Shown: piece after piece, positions 47,017 through 58,232 of the stretch
Layout: the number at the start of each line of letters is the position of its first letter
How positions within the stretch are numbered: the first letter of the stretch is position 1
Assembly: GCA_963813535.1 (NCBI GenBank)
Contig: CAWEZH010000002.1
Coordinates: 1,024,001-1,088,000 of the forward strand
Length of the DNA stretch: 64,000 nt
Reading direction: 5' to 3'
DNA from: an uncultured Chloroflexia bacterium
GTDB lineage: Bacteria > Chloroflexota > Limnocylindria > Limnocylindrales > CSP1-4
The notes under the pieces: model-generated
The model's database searches: none
Told to the model about the DNA's origin: nothing
The model's input: only the letters and a program-made list of their open reading frames with translations
Program-made: the position numbers and the translations under genes

Positions 47017-47922
47017 ATGACGAGGTACCGGCCCGGGACGGCGGCCGACACGAGGGCCTGTTTCGAGATCTTCGAGGTCACCGTCGACGACCTCGGTCGA
47101 CGCACCGGCAGCGTCGCGAACTCCACCGCCGGCGACCCGAATGCCTTCGAGCTGCGCCGCCCGCTGTTCGACCACCTCGCCGAGACCGCCGACGAGTGGT
47201 GGATGGCCGAGGACGACGCGACTGGCCGGGCCGTCGGCTACGCGCGGTCGATCCTGCGCGATGGCGTGCGCGAGCTGACCGAGTTCTTCGTCCTCCCCGA
47301 CGCGCAGGCGGGCGGCGTCGGCCGTGAGCTCCTCGCGCGGGCCTTCCCTGCCGAAGGTGCGCGGCACCGGGCGATCGTGGCGACGACCGACCCTCGGGCC
47401 ATCGCTCGATATCTCAGGACGGGACTCGGTGGGCGTCTGCCACTGGTTGGCTGGGAAGGCGTGCCGCGAGCCGCCCCGCTCGAGACGGACCTCGTCCGCG
47501 AGCGGCTGGACCCGGACGACCTACCGCTCGAGGCACTCGCGGCGGTCGACCGGCACATCCTCGGGTTCCGCCGCGACGAGGAGCACCGCTGGCTGGCCGG
47601 CCAGCGACCCGGTTGGCTGTACCGGCGCCAACGCGCGGTCGTCGGGTATGCCTATCACCCGACGCGGCCGCTATGGGGCGGTCCGTATGCCGCGCTGGAG
47701 GCGGCCGACCTGCCGGTGCTCATCGCGGACGGTGAGGCCGCAGCCGCCGACGGCGGTCACCCGACGGTCACGTTCGACCTCGCGCTGACCGCGCGGCCCG
47801 CGATCGACCACCTCCTGGGTCGCGGGTTCCGGGTAGACCCGTTCGTGATGCTGTACTTCAGCGACGGGCCCGAGGAGCGGCTCGATCGGTACGTCCTGAC
47901 CTCGCCGCCGTTCTTCGCCTGA
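47017..47922 (+). CDS. Tandem GNAT family acetyltransferase
   Basis: FFVLPDAQAGGVGRELL acetyl-CoA motif A; second degenerate GNAT half. Confidence 0.85.
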   Translation: MTRYRPGTAADTRACFEIFEVTVDDLGRRTGSVANSTAGDPNAFELRRPLFDHLAETADEWWMAEDDATGRAVGYARSILRDGVRELTEFFVLPDAQAGGVGRELLARAFPAEGARHRAIVATTDPRAIARYLRTGLGGRLPLVGWEGVPRAAPLETDLVRERLDPDDLPLEALAAVDRHILGFRRDEEHRWLAGQRPGWLYRRQRAVVGYAYHPTRPLWGGPYAALEAADLPVLIADGEAAAADGGHPTVTFDLALTARPAIDHLLGRGFRVDPFVMLYFSDGPEERLDRYVLTSPPFFA

Positions 47923-47943
47923 AGCGCGTCCGGCGTCGCGGGA

Positions 47944-48141
47944 TCAGGCAGTCGTCCCGGCGGGTGTCCCGTATTCCTGGGCGTGCTCGCCTCGGTCCTT
48001 GGACACGGTGTCCTCGAAGATCCGGAGCGTGTCCTTGACGCTCTTGCCGTTCTCGTCCGCGGCCCGCTTGATGTCCTCGTAGGTGATATTCGCCTCACCC
48101 ATCTCGCGATGGGCATCCATGCAGCCACACGTCAGACACAT
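47944..48141 (-). CDS. Small CxxCGC/His putative metal-binding protein
   Basis: MCLTCGCMDAH...ITYEDIKRAADENG; GGAGG RBS; host-like codon usage. Confidence 0.75.
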   Translation of the reverse strand: MCLTCGCMDAHREMGEANITYEDIKRAADENGKSVKDTLRIFEDTVSKDRGEHAQEYGTPAGTTA

Positions 48142-48257
48142 GCTCTGTTACCTCCGGTGCGATCGGATCGACGATCGATCCCAGCCTGCTCGATGGCGCA
48201 TTGCACCCGCGACCCATGCACGTTCGTGGCGACTGTCAGCTAGCCGCGACTAGTTGC

Positions 48258-48273
48258 GTGTTTGCGCAAACAC
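48258..48273. promoter_or_regulatory. Probable ArsR operator
   Basis: Perfect 16-bp palindrome GTGTTTGCGCAAACAC immediately upstream of the -10 box TATCGT. Confidence 0.75.
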
Positions 48274-48289
48274 TGATATCGTTGGGGCC

Positions 48290-48589
48290 GTGTTGGACAT
48301 CCTGCCGGTCTCGGCAGAGCCCGAGCGCGAGCGGTATGCCGCGGTCGGTCGGGCATTGGCGGACCCGAAACGCCTGTGCGTCCTCGAGTCGCTCGCCATC
48401 GGCGAGCTCTCGGTCAGCGACCTCAGCACCCGGGTCGGTTGCCAGGTGCCCAACATGAGCCAGCACCTCGCTGTGCTCCGCCGGGCGGGTCTCGTGACCA
48501 GCCGGCGCGACGGCAACACCATCCTCTATCGCCTGACGGACGACCGTGTCCTCGAGGCGTACCGACTCATCCAGGACATCGCCCGCTAG
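48290..48589 (+). CDS. ArsR/SmtB family regulator
   Basis: ALADPKRLCVL, SVSDL, MSQHLAVLRRAGLV..RRDG..ILYRL. Confidence 0.93.
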   Translation: MLDILPVSAEPERERYAAVGRALADPKRLCVLESLAIGELSVSDLSTRVGCQVPNMSQHLAVLRRAGLVTSRRDGNTILYRLTDDRVLEAYRLIQDIAR

Positions 48590-48645
48590 CCCCCCAGCCA
48601 GTCAGGCGACTCGCAGCCAGCGAGAGGAGAAAGGACACACATCCC

Positions 48646-49032
48646 ATGGTCGACATCAAGCACGCGACGGACGCCACGTTCGAGGATCTCGTGATCAAGG
48701 CGGAGCGGCCGGTCGTCGTGGACTTCTGGGCCGCGTGGTGCGGGCCCTGCAAGATGGTCGCCCCCGAGATGGTGAAGCTCGCCGAGAAGTACGAGGGTGC
48801 CGTCGATGTCGTCAAGGTCGACGTCGACGCGAACCCTCGGCTCTCGCAGGCCTTCAACATCATGAGCATCCCCACGATCGCCTTCTTCAAGCCCGGCGCC
48901 CAGCCGCAGGGCGTGATCGGGTTCCGACCGCTCGAGCAGCTCGAGCAGCAGTTCGGCCTCGCCGAGTTCGCGGTGGCCGATGCCGCGGTCGAGGCGCCGA
49001 CCGCTGACGCGACGACGGCCGCGACCGACTAG
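48646..49032 (+). CDS. trxA: Thioredoxin
   Basis: VDFWAAWCGPC, SIPT; AAGGA RBS. Confidence 0.95.
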   Translation: MVDIKHATDATFEDLVIKAERPVVVDFWAAWCGPCKMVAPEMVKLAEKYEGAVDVVKVDVDANPRLSQAFNIMSIPTIAFFKPGAQPQGVIGFRPLEQLEQQFGLAEFAVADAAVEAPTADATTAATD

Positions 49033-49056
49033 GTCCCACTCCCCCCGCGATCAGTC

Positions 49057-49090
49057 GACCCCGGTCATCCGACCGGGGTCGTTTCGTTGT
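49057..49090 (+). terminator. Intrinsic terminator after thioredoxin
   Basis: CGACCCCGGTC/GACCGGGGTCG stem followed by TTTCGTTGT. Confidence 0.75.
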
Positions 49091-49179
49091 GGGCACCGGC
49101 GCCGCACGTCACCCGCGCGACCATGAACAACGTGGTTCCGACATGGTCGGGGGCGCGGGCCCGCAACGCCCGACCGCTC

Positions 49180-49497
49180 CTAGGCGCCCGGACCCGTAAG
49201 CCGTCGATGACCTGACAGGAACCACGCGCGGGCCCGATCCGCCACGTGCCCATCGACGACCCGCGGCCGCAGGTCCACCCAGCCGGGGCTGCGTGTCGAA
49301 CGCGCCACGTCCGGGGTCCGCGCCGCTGCGTTTGCCACGATCTGATCGAGCATGAACGACGCGGATGTCCCGTCCGGGGACATCGTCGCGAACGTCGTCC
49401 CGCGGACGGTCCACGTCACGGTGCCATCCGGCTCCGACCCGACCTCGACGTCGGGCGTCTCCCCGGCGGCCGAATCCAGGATCTCGCGCAGCGTCAC
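49180..49497 (-). CDS. Hypothetical protein (possibly YjbR/MmcQ-like fold)
   Basis: GTGA overlap with the upstream gene; W.V.G..FA...GWV pattern. Confidence 0.6.
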   Translation of the reverse strand: MTLREILDSAAGETPDVEVGSEPDGTVTWTVRGTTFATMSPDGTSASFMLDQIVANAAARTPDVARSTRSPGWVDLRPRVVDGHVADRARAWFLSGHRRLTGPGA

Positions 49498-49976
49498 GAC
49501 CCGGCGGCCGCCAGGATCACCGCCAGGTCGTCGGCGTGCTCGGCGTAGTGGGCGATGGTCTCGTCATGGAACGACTTGAGGTGGGCTGGATGCTTCACCC
49601 AGCGTGTCTCCGGGACGACCGTGAGGTACCCGCGTAGCTCGCCCGGTTGCGTCCGGAACCGCTCTCGAAGCTCCTCGAGCGGCACCGCCGCCCAGGTCCG
49701 GGTGATCTCGTCGTTGACGACCTCGCCACCACGGGTCTCCCAGTCGGCGTCCACCCGGGCGATGGTGGCGCTCGTCTCGCCGATCGCCAGCTCCTTGGCC
49801 GCATCGAGGGAGACTCCCTGCCACGCCAGCATATGGGCCATCAGGTCGCGCCCCGACCAACCGTGGGCTGCGTCGATCGGGACATCCAGCTGGTCGTCCG
49901 ACAACCCGCCCAGGGCCTCGTACGGCGCCCACGCATCGCGCTCCTCTTCGAGGAATTCCATCGCGTCGAGGTACAT
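49494..49976 (-). CDS. DinB/ClbS-DfsB-like four-helix bundle protein
   Basis: GWSGRDLMAHMLAW and C-terminal HYAEH metal-site pattern. Confidence 0.8.
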   Translation of the reverse strand: MYLDAMEFLEEERDAWAPYEALGGLSDDQLDVPIDAAHGWSGRDLMAHMLAWQGVSLDAAKELAIGETSATIARVDADWETRGGEVVNDEITRTWAAVPLEELRERFRTQPGELRGYLTVVPETRWVKHPAHLKSFHDETIAHYAEHADDLAVILAAAGS

Positions 49977-50025
49977 ACCGGCATGGTAGTCCGAGCGCCC
50001 TCCGACCGATGCTAGAGTCGCCGAT

Positions 50026-52065
50026 ATGCAGCGGCGCGGGGACGACCAACCAACGGTCTTCACCGACCACGAGGGGCACGACCGCTCACCCTCGTCGAGA
50101 TACGTCCAGTCGTCGGACCGCCTGCCGAAGGGCATCGCGCGACGGACCGGGGTCGTCTTCGTCCACGGCATCGGGACGCAGACCCCGAGCGAGACGTTTC
50201 TCGATTGGTCGGGCGCGATCGTCGAACTGCTCGCCGACTGGCGCGAGGCCGAGGGCACTGCCGCAGCGACCCAGGGCACCCCCGCGGCCACCGACGCCCC
50301 GACGGGCACGACCCCCGATGCGGATCGCATCGATGACCCCGTCTGGCGGGCGGAGTTCTCGTTCAACGCCGCCTCGCCGCCGTACCTCGAGATCGCGGTA
50401 CCCGAGCACGCCGGCGTACCGGCCACGACCTGGGTCGTGACCGAGGCGTGGTGGGCATCGGATCTGCGAGCGCCCAGCCTCGGCCGGACCATCGACTACC
50501 TGCGGCGTCGCATGGGGACGGTCGTGGCCGGCATCGCTGCGGGCTATCGCGACCGCTCCCCGCGTCTCCACGAGTTGGCTCAGGCGACCGACGTGATCGG
50601 CGAGGGGCGGCCGCCGCTCGACTGGCGGCTCGCCGAGCGACTCGATCTCGTCCAGTCGCTGACCTTCGGGGCGCGACCGGTCGGCTGGCTGGTCGGCGGG
50701 GCGGGAGCCGTGGTCCTGGCCGGGTACGACCTCCTGCGGCGCATCCCGATCCCGACCGTCCGCGATTTTGCGGCGCGCAAGATGATCGACAGCTTCCTGG
50801 TCGACTGGTTCGGGGACCTGCCGGTGCTCCTCGACGAGCCGGTCCAGTCCGCCAACGTCCGGGCTCGGCTGGCGCGGTCGATCCAGCGGCTCGTCGACGA
50901 CGACTGCGACGCCATCGTGATCGTCGCCCACTCGGGCGGAGCGCTCGTGAGCTTCGAGATGCTGCTCGACCCTGCCTACCGCGACCTCCGGGTCGACAAG
51001 CTCGTGACCCTCGGCCAGGGTCTCGGCCTGGCCTGGCGACTTGCCGCGGATCCGGCCGTGCGCGAGATCACCCCAGGTCACCGGCTCGTCGGCAACCTTG
51101 CGAAGGCCCGGCCGGGTCTGCGCTGGGTCGATGTCTGGGCGTCATATGACCCTGCGCCGGCCGGTCCGCTGCCAGCGCGTGGCGGGATCACGCCCGATGC
51201 CCCGAACCGCTCGGTGGCCGCCCCAGCCACCGCCACGCCGGTCGCCACGGGCGACACGGCTGACGTGCCATGGCTCATGCAGGCGCCCGTGACGCTGCCG
51301 GGCGAGCCTGCCCCGGCATCGCCGCCCGAGACGATCCTCGTCGAGTCGCGTCCGGTGACCAACGAGATGAACGTCCTGACCGACCACGGGTCGTACTGGA
51401 CGAACCCCGAGGGCTTCCTGATCCCGCTCGTCCGCCACCTGGACGCGGCGCTCGGCGACGCGTCTGCGTCGCGCTTCTACCGGGATCGTGCCGACCGGAC
51501 GCGGCGGATCGTATGGCGTCGACAGCGCGTGTCGACGCTCGCGGCATGGGGCTGGCTGTGCTCCGTGGCTGCGATCGCGACCGCCCTCGTGCTGATCGTG
51601 CTCCAGGCGGCTGGTGACGACCGCCTGACTCGAGCCGGGGACTTGATGGTGGCCGCATGGGATCGGATCCCCGGGCACGAGATCGTGTCCGGCCCGGTGA
51701 CCGCCATCGGCGCCGTGATCGGCGCCGTGATGGATAGCGTGGGGCTCGGCGGGCTAGCGGATGTGCTCGCCAGTCTCGGACCGGTCGTGCTCGGGCTGGC
51801 GCTGACGTTCGGGCTGTCCTACGCGCTGGCCAAGGTCGGTCTCGCGCGCTGGCACGACTGGGATCGACGGGAGCGCCGCGCGATGCATCCGGAGACGCCC
51901 AGTCTCCCCGACCGCTCGATCGCGGGTGCCCAGGCGATGCTTCTCGTCGCGGGGGTGATCACCCTCGCGCTCTCGGTGTTCGGGCTCGGCCTTGCGGCCG
52001 CGCTGGTCCTGGTGCTCGGAGCAGCCGCCGGGCTCGTCATCTGGGCCCGGCGGCCGTTCCGCTGA
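50026..52065 (+). CDS. Membrane-associated alpha/beta hydrolase-like protein
   Basis: VVFVHGIG, AHSGG, LVTLG, YDP, DHGSYW; several C-terminal TM helices. Confidence 0.75.
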   Translation: MQRRGDDQPTVFTDHEGHDRSPSSRYVQSSDRLPKGIARRTGVVFVHGIGTQTPSETFLDWSGAIVELLADWREAEGTAAATQGTPAATDAPTGTTPDADRIDDPVWRAEFSFNAASPPYLEIAVPEHAGVPATTWVVTEAWWASDLRAPSLGRTIDYLRRRMGTVVAGIAAGYRDRSPRLHELAQATDVIGEGRPPLDWRLAERLDLVQSLTFGARPVGWLVGGAGAVVLAGYDLLRRIPIPTVRDFAARKMIDSFLVDWFGDLPVLLDEPVQSANVRARLARSIQRLVDDDCDAIVIVAHSGGALVSFEMLLDPAYRDLRVDKLVTLGQGLGLAWRLAADPAVREITPGHRLVGNLAKARPGLRWVDVWASYDPAPAGPLPARGGITPDAPNRSVAAPATATPVATGDTADVPWLMQAPVTLPGEPAPASPPETILVESRPVTNEMNVLTDHGSYWTNPEGFLIPLVRHLDAALGDASASRFYRDRADRTRRIVWRRQRVSTLAAWGWLCSVAAIATALVLIVLQAAGDDRLTRAGDLMVAAWDRIPGHEIVSGPVTAIGAVIGAVMDSVGLGGLADVLASLGPVVLGLALTFGLSYALAKVGLARWHDWDRRERRAMHPETPSLPDRSIAGAQAMLLVAGVITLALSVFGLGLAAALVLVLGAAAGLVIWARRPFR

Positions 52066-52088
52066 CGTCGGATCGCGCTGAGCGATCG

Positions 52089-52322
52089 CTATTCGAAGAT
52101 CGGGTACATCTGGCGGTACCGCTTCTCCCACTCCTGGCCGTACGTCAGCCACTTCTGGCGATAGGCGGCCTGGGCGGCCTCATCGTCGGCGCGGGCCTGG
52201 ATGACCGCGGGGATCGCGATCGCCACGGCTCCGCCGGCGAGCCCGCCGAGGAGCGCGACCGCGAGGGTCGCACCCACGACGGGGTTGCTGATGGTCTTCC
52301 GTTGCTGGACGAGCTCTGCCAT
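52089..52322 (-). CDS. Small membrane-anchored protein
   Basis: AAGGAG RBS; TM helix; C-terminal WEKRYRQMYP. Confidence 0.7.
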   Translation of the reverse strand: MAELVQQRKTISNPVVGATLAVALLGGLAGGAVAIAIPAVIQARADDEAAQAAYRQKWLTYGQEWEKRYRQMYPIFE

Positions 52323-52412
52323 GTCTTTGGGCTCCTTGATCTCGGTGAGGTTCGGTCGGCTGGTCATCCGACCAGCGCTGCGTCGATCGTCGGCCCCGAC
52401 CGGCTCCGGCGA

Positions 52413-52461
52413 AATCACGGATATCCCTATTTCTGGGTGCCCACCACACGGCATTCCCTAT
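52413..52461 (-). promoter_or_regulatory. Direct-repeat candidate LuxR-type boxes
   Basis: ATAGGGAATGCCGTG and ATAGGGATATCCGTG, 31 bp apart, just after the LuxR stop and upstream of the small gene. Confidence 0.6.
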
Positions 52462-52468
52462 CTGCCAG

Positions 52469-55284
52469 TCACGACCCGGCGTCGGGCGGCACCTCGTGCA
52501 GTCGCGGATCGGTGCCTTCGATCGCGAGCCGGGCGAGCTCGGTCCGGCTGTGCACATCGAGCTCGCGGAACAGGCGCGTCAGGTGGGCCTCGACCGTGTG
52601 GACGCTCATGAAGAGCGCGTCGGCGATCTCCCGGTTCGACCGGCCTGCGGCCACCAGCTCGACGACCCGGTGTTCGGTCGCCGTCAGCGGGGCCCCGGCC
52701 GGTCGTCTCGCGGCGACTCGGGCCAGCTCGGCCCGGGCTCGGCCGGCCCACAGGCGCGCGCCCAGGCGGGTGAAGATCGTGACCGCCTCTTCGAGCGCCT
52801 CGCGCGCCCGAGCCTTCTGGCGCGCCCGGCGACGGACCTCGCCGGCCGTGAGAAGCGCGCGAGCCTCGATGAACGGGATGCCGGCGATCTCGGCCAGGGA
52901 GATCGCGCGTTCCGAAGCGGCGAGAGCCGCCTCGACGTCACCCCTCGCCGCCAGCACCATCGAGTTCGCCCGCTCGACTTCGGCGTCGATCCAACGGACG
53001 CCGGAGGCCCGCAGGCGGAGCGTCCAGCCATCGGTCAACGCCTCGGCCTCGTCGATGCGGCCGACCGTGACGAGGACCTCCACGGCGAGCACGATCAGGG
53101 TGCAGGCGGACGCCGGCTTGAGCGGATCCGTACCGGCCGTCGCTGAGCAACAGCTCGATGCGGCGGTGCGCGGCAGCCGCGTCACCGAGCGCCAGGTCGA
53201 GCTCCGCAGCGGAGACTGCCGTCGACCACCGCTCATGGGCCAGGGCGGGATTGCTCTCGAGTCGCTCCTGGACCGCGCCCTCGATCCGGCGGGCCTCGTC
53301 GACGTCGCCGCGAAGGGCGGCGAGCCGATGGCCCAGCACGTTCAGGTCGTCCATCCAGGCGCCTTCGCCTGTCTGATAGACCCCGGTCGTGGCTTCGGCC
53401 AGCGTGGCCGCGGCGCTCGCGACGTCCCCTGACCGTGCATCGATGCCCGCCTTCACCAGGAGCAACCGCGGCAGTCCGTGCCAGTCGCCCCGTTGCCGGG
53501 CGTACGCGACCAGGCGATCGATGCGCAGACGCGCCTCATCGAACGCGCCGGCGTCGCGGAGCAGGCGCGCGAACTGGAGATCCGGATGTTCCACCGCGGG
53601 AACGCCATCGCCGATGGCGGCTAGGCCGTCGGCGCGGTCCATGAGCTCCCGCCAGTCCTCGCCCAGCCGTCCGCGCCACGACGCGGCATGACCGAGGATC
53701 TGGGCGAGCACCACGGGATCTCCGAGGAGTTCTGCGAGGCGCAGGGCTTCAGCGGCATGCCGGGCACCGTCGCCCCAGCCCTGCCACGTGACGTACGCGA
53801 CCCCGGCGAGGCCCTGCTCGATCGGGATCCGCCTGGCGGGGTCGTCGTCGACGATCGATGCCGCCTCGCGGTAGAGCTCCCGCGCGTCGTCCCACTCAGC
53901 CTGGACGAGGAGCAGGTGGGCCAGACGTGCGAGGGCCTCGGCACGCTCCGACGGCCCGCTGGACTCCTCGACGAGCCGCTCGAGCAAGCGTCGTCCTCGC
54001 TCGATGTCACCCGCGGCGATGTGGTACTGCGCAGCGGTGGACAGTCGGTCTCGCCGCGCGGGTCGCTCTGCGGCCGGTGTGAGATCGGCGGCTCGCTCGG
54101 CCGACCGAGCAGCGGCCTCGGGAGCGCCTCGCTGGACCGCCGCGCGAGCCGCGTCGTCGAGGGCCGCCGCGACGTCAGCGTCGGGTCGCGTGGATGCGCG
54201 CGCCAGGTGTGTGGCCCGCTCCTCGGGTTCGGCGATGACATCGGCCAGCCGACGATGGGCGTCGCGGCGATGCATATCCGACGCCCGGGCATACGCCGCG
54301 GCCGCCAGCAGCGGATGCGTGAAGCGCACCTTGTCGCCATCCGTCACGAGGACGCCTTCGCGTTCGGACTCGACCAGGCCGGGCCGGACCGCGTCGGCAC
54401 CGATCGCGGTCTCGAGGAGCCGCACGGTCGGCTGCGATGCCGCGGCTGCGTAGACCGAGACCGCCTCCGCCTCCGGGCCCAGGCGGTCGAGTCGGGTCCC
54501 GACGAGGGCGTCGAGACCCGATCCTTTCGAGAACGCCTCCAGGTCGGCCGTCGCCTGGCCTCCGGCGATCGCACGCCCGAGCTCGAGGGCGTAGAACGCG
54601 TTACCGCCCGAGACGGCACGCAGGCGGACGAGAGACGGCCGCGGCAGATCGAGGCCGATGCGCGACCGAAGGAGCCGGTCGATCTCGTTGAGCGTCAGTT
54701 CGCCGAGGTCAAGCCGGGTGATCCGTTCCGGGGCGACCCCATCGAGCGCGGCGATCTTCGCCTCTCGGTGGGCGGTGCGCTGTCCGGCGATGACGCCGAT
54801 CGGTGCGTCGTCGAGGCGTCGTAGCACGAAGTCGAGGACGCGGGCCGACGGCTCATCGAGCCAGGGCACGTCATCGATGGCGATCACGAGCGGCTGGATC
54901 GCGGCAGCCTCGCGGAGCACCTGTCCGACGCCGAGGGACACCGCGAGGGGTGGCGGCGCGGTCGCCGCGGGGACGCGCAGGAGCGCGGCCTCCAGCGCGA
55001 TGCGCTGTGGCTCCGGGAGGTCCTCGAGCTGCCTGCTTGTGACATCCCCGAGCAGGTCGTTGAGCGCCGCAAAGGCAAGGCCGGTCTCGACTTCCGTGGG
55101 TCGCGCGACGAGGACACGATGTCCGCGCTCCCTGGCTGCGTCGACCGCGTGATGCCCAGAGGGTGGTCTTGCCGATACCTGCCGGCCCGGCGAACAGGAG
55201 CACGCCGAATCGACTCTCGATGGAGTCGAGGAACCGCGCGGTCTCCGCGAGTTCGCGTTCGCGGCCGACGACGGAAGGGTTCAC
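52469..55284 (-). CDS. Large AAA/STAND ATPase-LuxR regulator, with +1 frameshifts near 55156 and 53137
   Basis: VVGRERE, GPAGIGKT, IDDVPW, SGGNAFY, LTATEHRV...TVEAHLTRLFREL across three frames. Confidence 0.9.
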
Positions 55285-55353
55285 GGCCCGATGCAGTGTA
55301 TGGCGTGCGACGGTGGCACCGGCGGGCTTGGCGGCGAGGCGTAGCCTGTCGGC

Positions 55354-58156
55354 GTGGGCGAGGAGTTCGTCGGACGCACTGACGAGCTGGGGGCGATCGA
55401 CGTGCTGCTCGCCGAGTCCCGCCGCGAGCGTCGCGTGGCTGCGCTGGTGCTGGTCGGGGAGCCCGGGATCGGCAAGTCGCGACTGCTGGACGAGGCCGAA
55501 CGGCGAGCCGCCGGCGACCGGATCCTGCGGTTCTCCGGCTACGAGCCGGAGACGAGCGTGCCCCTCGCCGCCGTTGCGCCGCTCCTCCGTCGGCTCGCGG
55601 CGGCCAGCGAGGACCGGACGTTCGTGGGTCTGCTCGGTCCCGACGCCGAGGTCGGCGGGCTCGATGCGATCCGCATCTTCGAGTCGGTCCATCGCCAGCT
55701 GACCAGCTTCCGACCGGCGGCGCTGTTCGTCGACGACCTGCAGTGGGTCGACCCGCTCTCCATCGCGCTGTGTCACTTCCTCGTTCGCGCGGCCGCGGGA
55801 TCCGGCCGCGGCCTCGCCCTCGTCGTCGCGTCTCGGCCGTCGCCGATCGCCGACCGATTCGCGGCCTCCCTGGCGACCGCCCTCGGCGAAGGACAGAGCC
55901 CGACGACGCTGCACCTGCGTCCGCTCGATCGCGCCGATGGCGTCCGATTCGTCCTCAGCCGGAGCGGGAGCAGCGATCGACGAGAGGCGGTCGAGCTCTG
56001 GCAGCGCGCGGGCGGATCGCCGTTCTGGCTGGATCTGCTCATCCAGACCGATGGCGGCGAGCGCGACTTCGACGCGGTCGTCGCCGCGCGGATCCAGGGC
56101 CTCGGTGCTGACGCGAATGCCCTCATCGCGATGCTCGCCGTCCTCGGCCGCCCCATCGACCGGACCGAACTCGAGGGCATCATCGAATGGCCTCCGGAGC
56201 GCATCGTCAGCGCATCGACCGAGCTGTCGCTCCGAGGGCTCGTGATCGACGACGGCGGCGCCACGCGTCTCGCACACGACCTGATCCGGGCTGTCGTCGT
56301 GGGCCGCATCCCGGGCGCGACCCGTCGCCGGTTGCACGGGCGCATCGCGACGGCGCTCGAAGCGCAGTCGTCGGGAGATGTCGGAGTGATGCTCGCCGCG
56401 CTCGAGCATCGCGTCGCCGCCGGTCGATTCGACGCGGATCTGGCGCTGCGCATCCTGGCCTCCCCACAGCGCCGCCTGATCGGATCGGACGGCGTGCGCA
56501 GCATCACCGACTCGGCGCGGGACGAGACCGATCGCGGTGCCCGCACCAGCGTCGACCAGGCTGCTGCCGCGCTGGCCGCCGAGCTGGGCGACCAGGAGCT
56601 CGCGCTCGATCGCTGGACCGCCGTCGCCGAGGCGACATCCGATCGTGTCCTGGCGGCTCGCGCAGGTTTCGGCGCGGCACTGGCGGCCTATCACCTCGGA
56701 CGTGATGACGAGGCGCGTCGGTGGCTGGACGCCTGTCGCTCGAACGGCGTCGACGCTCCGGATCTGGAGATCTCGGCCGATGCGCTCGAGGCGCGGATCC
56801 TCTTGTGGCTCGAACGACGGACCGACGACGGCCGAGTGATGGCCATGCGGGCCGTCGAGCGAGGCCGGCGAGCGATGGCTGGTCCGACGCCGACGACGCC
56901 CGTGCGGGCGGCGCACGTCGATGCCCTGGTCGCGGCGTGGGAGGCGGCCATCCAGGCCGAGGATGTCGACGGCATGGTGGACTTGGCGGAGGAGTCGCTC
57001 GAGGCATCGCGGGACATGGGGCTGCGTGAGGTCCTCGCCGCCCGCTCGATGGTCGGCATGGCCCGCGAATACGCGGCCCCCCAGTCACAAGCGGCTGACG
57101 CGTATCGCGCCGTCTGGGACGAGGCGTGGCGGGCCGTCCTGCCGATCGAGGCCGTCGATGTCGGATACCGGCTGGCGGCGGTCCTCTTCGACATGCTGCT
57201 ACCTCGACGAGGCAGGCCGGGTCGCCCAGGAGGCCGAGCGGCTGGCGGAACGGACCGGCGGCCAGGGCCGCGTGCGCGACCGGACCCGGCTGGTGAAGTA
57301 CCAGCTCGCCATGGCGACGTCCGATTGGCGCACGGGCATGGCCGGGTTGCTGACCGCTGCCGAGGCCGAACCGGATCCGCACTATCGCCTCGTCCACCAT
57401 CAGATGGCTGCGCTGTGGCTGGCACGACTCGGCGCCAGTGAGCAGGAGGCGCTTGGTCACGTCGACGAGGCGCGATCGCTCGCGGCCGCCGCGGGCTGCC
57501 TCGCCTGCGGACGAGATGTCGAGGTCGCGGTCGCGGAGGTCTTCGCACGCTTCGACCGAGCCGCCGATGCCCGTGACGCACTTGCGAACTGGGATGCGGT
57601 CGGTCGTCGATCGTGGGTCGAGGCCGAGTGGCTTCGACGACGGATCGGCGCCCTCGTCACGATCGCCACCGGGTCTGCCGACCGCGATGCCGGCGCGGTC
57701 CTGGCGGGGCTGCGGGACGAGGCCGACACGCTGGGACTCGGCTTCGATGCCCTGTGGACGGACCTCGACATGGGTCGGCTCCTCGCGCCGAGCGACCGCG
57801 CCGGCTCGACGGCGGCCTACCGGCGTGCGGCGGAACGCGCCGATGCAGCGGGGGCGCCGACCATCAGGCGGCTGGCCGACCAGGGCCTGCGAGCCCTCGG
57901 GGAACGTCCGTGGCGACGCGGCCCGACCGCGTCAGGCGGTGAGGGCGTCCGCGACCTGTCCGACCGGGAACGCGAGGTCGCGGACCTCGTCGCTCTCGGC
58001 GCCACGAATGCGGAGATCGCGACGCGGTTGTTCCTGTCCCGCAAGACCGTCGAGCACCACGTCTCGAATGCCCTCGCCAAGCTCGGCCTGCGTTCACGGG
58101 CGGAGCTGGCGGCGCATGTGGGCCGCACGGGCCCGGTCCCCGCGGACACCGATTAG
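55354..58156 (+). CDS. Large AAA/STAND ATPase-LuxR regulator, with a +1 frameshift near 57200
   Basis: FVGRTDE, GEPGIGKS, VDDLQW, AGGSPFW, LSDREREV...TVEHHVSNALAKLG. Confidence 0.9.
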
Positions 58157-58232
58157 GGCACCTCCCCCATGAACCGCTGATCGGGTCGCCCGAACCTGAC
58201 ATCCATCGGTCGATGGACGACAGGAGGCGATC

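Noticed and set aside
33500-58156. Programmed frameshifting, phase variation or pseudogenisation
   Set aside because: No slippery heptamers or long tracts; uniform +1 insertions in unrelated genes fit sequencing error better.
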